Assembly: GCA_000025185.1 (NCBI GenBank)
Contig: CP001848.1
Span: 1,590,001-1,622,000, forward strand
Direction of reading: 5' to 3'
From: Pirellula staleyi DSM 6068
GTDB lineage: Bacteria > Planctomycetota > Planctomycetia > Pirellulales > Pirellulaceae
DNA length: 32,000 nucleotides
In this document: positions 31,895-32,000 of the stretch, piece by piece
Position numbering within the stretch: position 1 is the stretch's first letter
Layout: every line of letters begins with the position of its first letter
Program-made: the position numbers and the translations under genes
The notes under the pieces: generated by a model
Database searches by the model: none
What the model was told of the DNA's origin: nothing
What the model saw: the letters and a program-made list of their open reading frames with translations, nothing else

Positions 31895-31923
31895 TCGGGG
31901 TGACTGGATTCGAACCCATCGAC
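31895..31923 (-). other. tRNA 3'-end-like fragment (T-arm plus acceptor 3' strand), not an intact tRNA
   Basis: The minus strand reads gtcgatGGGTTCGAATCCagtcaccccga, a canonical GGTTCGAATCC T-loop context. I could not find a matching acceptor 5' strand (ggggtga), D-arm or anticodon arm in the 80 nt upstream. Confidence 0.4.
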
Positions 31924-32000
31924 TTTGGGCATCAAGTGGAGTGCAATGTAGCAAAGTGTAGTTAGTTTCACGTAGACCAGTGCAAACGCCATTGATTGAT

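Noticed and set aside
31895-31975. Intact minus-strand tRNA gene
   Set aside because: Only the T-arm and 3' acceptor-like part is recognisable. The expected complementary 5' acceptor strand (ggggtga), D-arm and anticodon stem-loop are absent from the upstream 80 nt, and the T-stem has a mismatch.

Overview
The window looks like a Planctomycetota chromosome segment. This is inferred from a DUF1549/DUF1553 + DUF1501 gene pair, a sulfatase, Tat-type signals, and a basic 'RRLR..E.LE.R' N-terminus on a giant Calx-beta protein. It splits into two parts.

(1) Bases 1 to about 12,100 are GC-rich and core-like. They carry a secreted S1/P1 nuclease, a Tat-exported protein, a DUF3472-like protein, a translationally coupled BlaI-like repressor and M56/BlaR1-like sensor-protease, a DUF1549/DUF1553 protein, a DUF1501 protein, a small membrane protein and a Gfo/Idh/MocA oxidoreductase. 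A textbook promoter with an overlapping TACAnnTGTA operator sits upstream of the repressor.

(2) Bases about 12,200 to 32,000 are a heavily rearranged accessory region.
- Three copies of a ~150-bp nested-palindrome repeat bracket a small RHH-like / DUF5131 (three-Cys) / TcmP cassette and a secreted hypothetical protein.
- Three near-identical 859-bp IS5-family elements are all flanked by CTAG. One splits an arylsulfatase inside its signal peptide, and the empty site can be rebuilt exactly. Another truncates an integrase-like gene that also has an in-frame TAA. The third truncates a P-loop NTPase and abuts a decayed older IS relic.
- The two same-orientation IS copies enclose a ~9.2-kb co-directional module: a GT-A glycosyltransferase, a polysaccharide pyruvyl transferase, a Stealth-like phosphotransferase, a 1500-aa multi-Calx-beta protein and a tightly linked membrane-anchored partner. 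The Calx-beta protein contains perfect in-frame 18-bp and 24-bp tandem repeats and an unassigned ~200-aa C-terminal domain.
- A tRNA 3'-end-like fragment lies near the right edge.

The best candidates for an undescribed system are the repeat-bracketed DUF5131/TcmP cassette and the IS-bracketed glycan-enzyme / giant-protein / partner module. All family calls come from motif recognition by eye. No searches were run.
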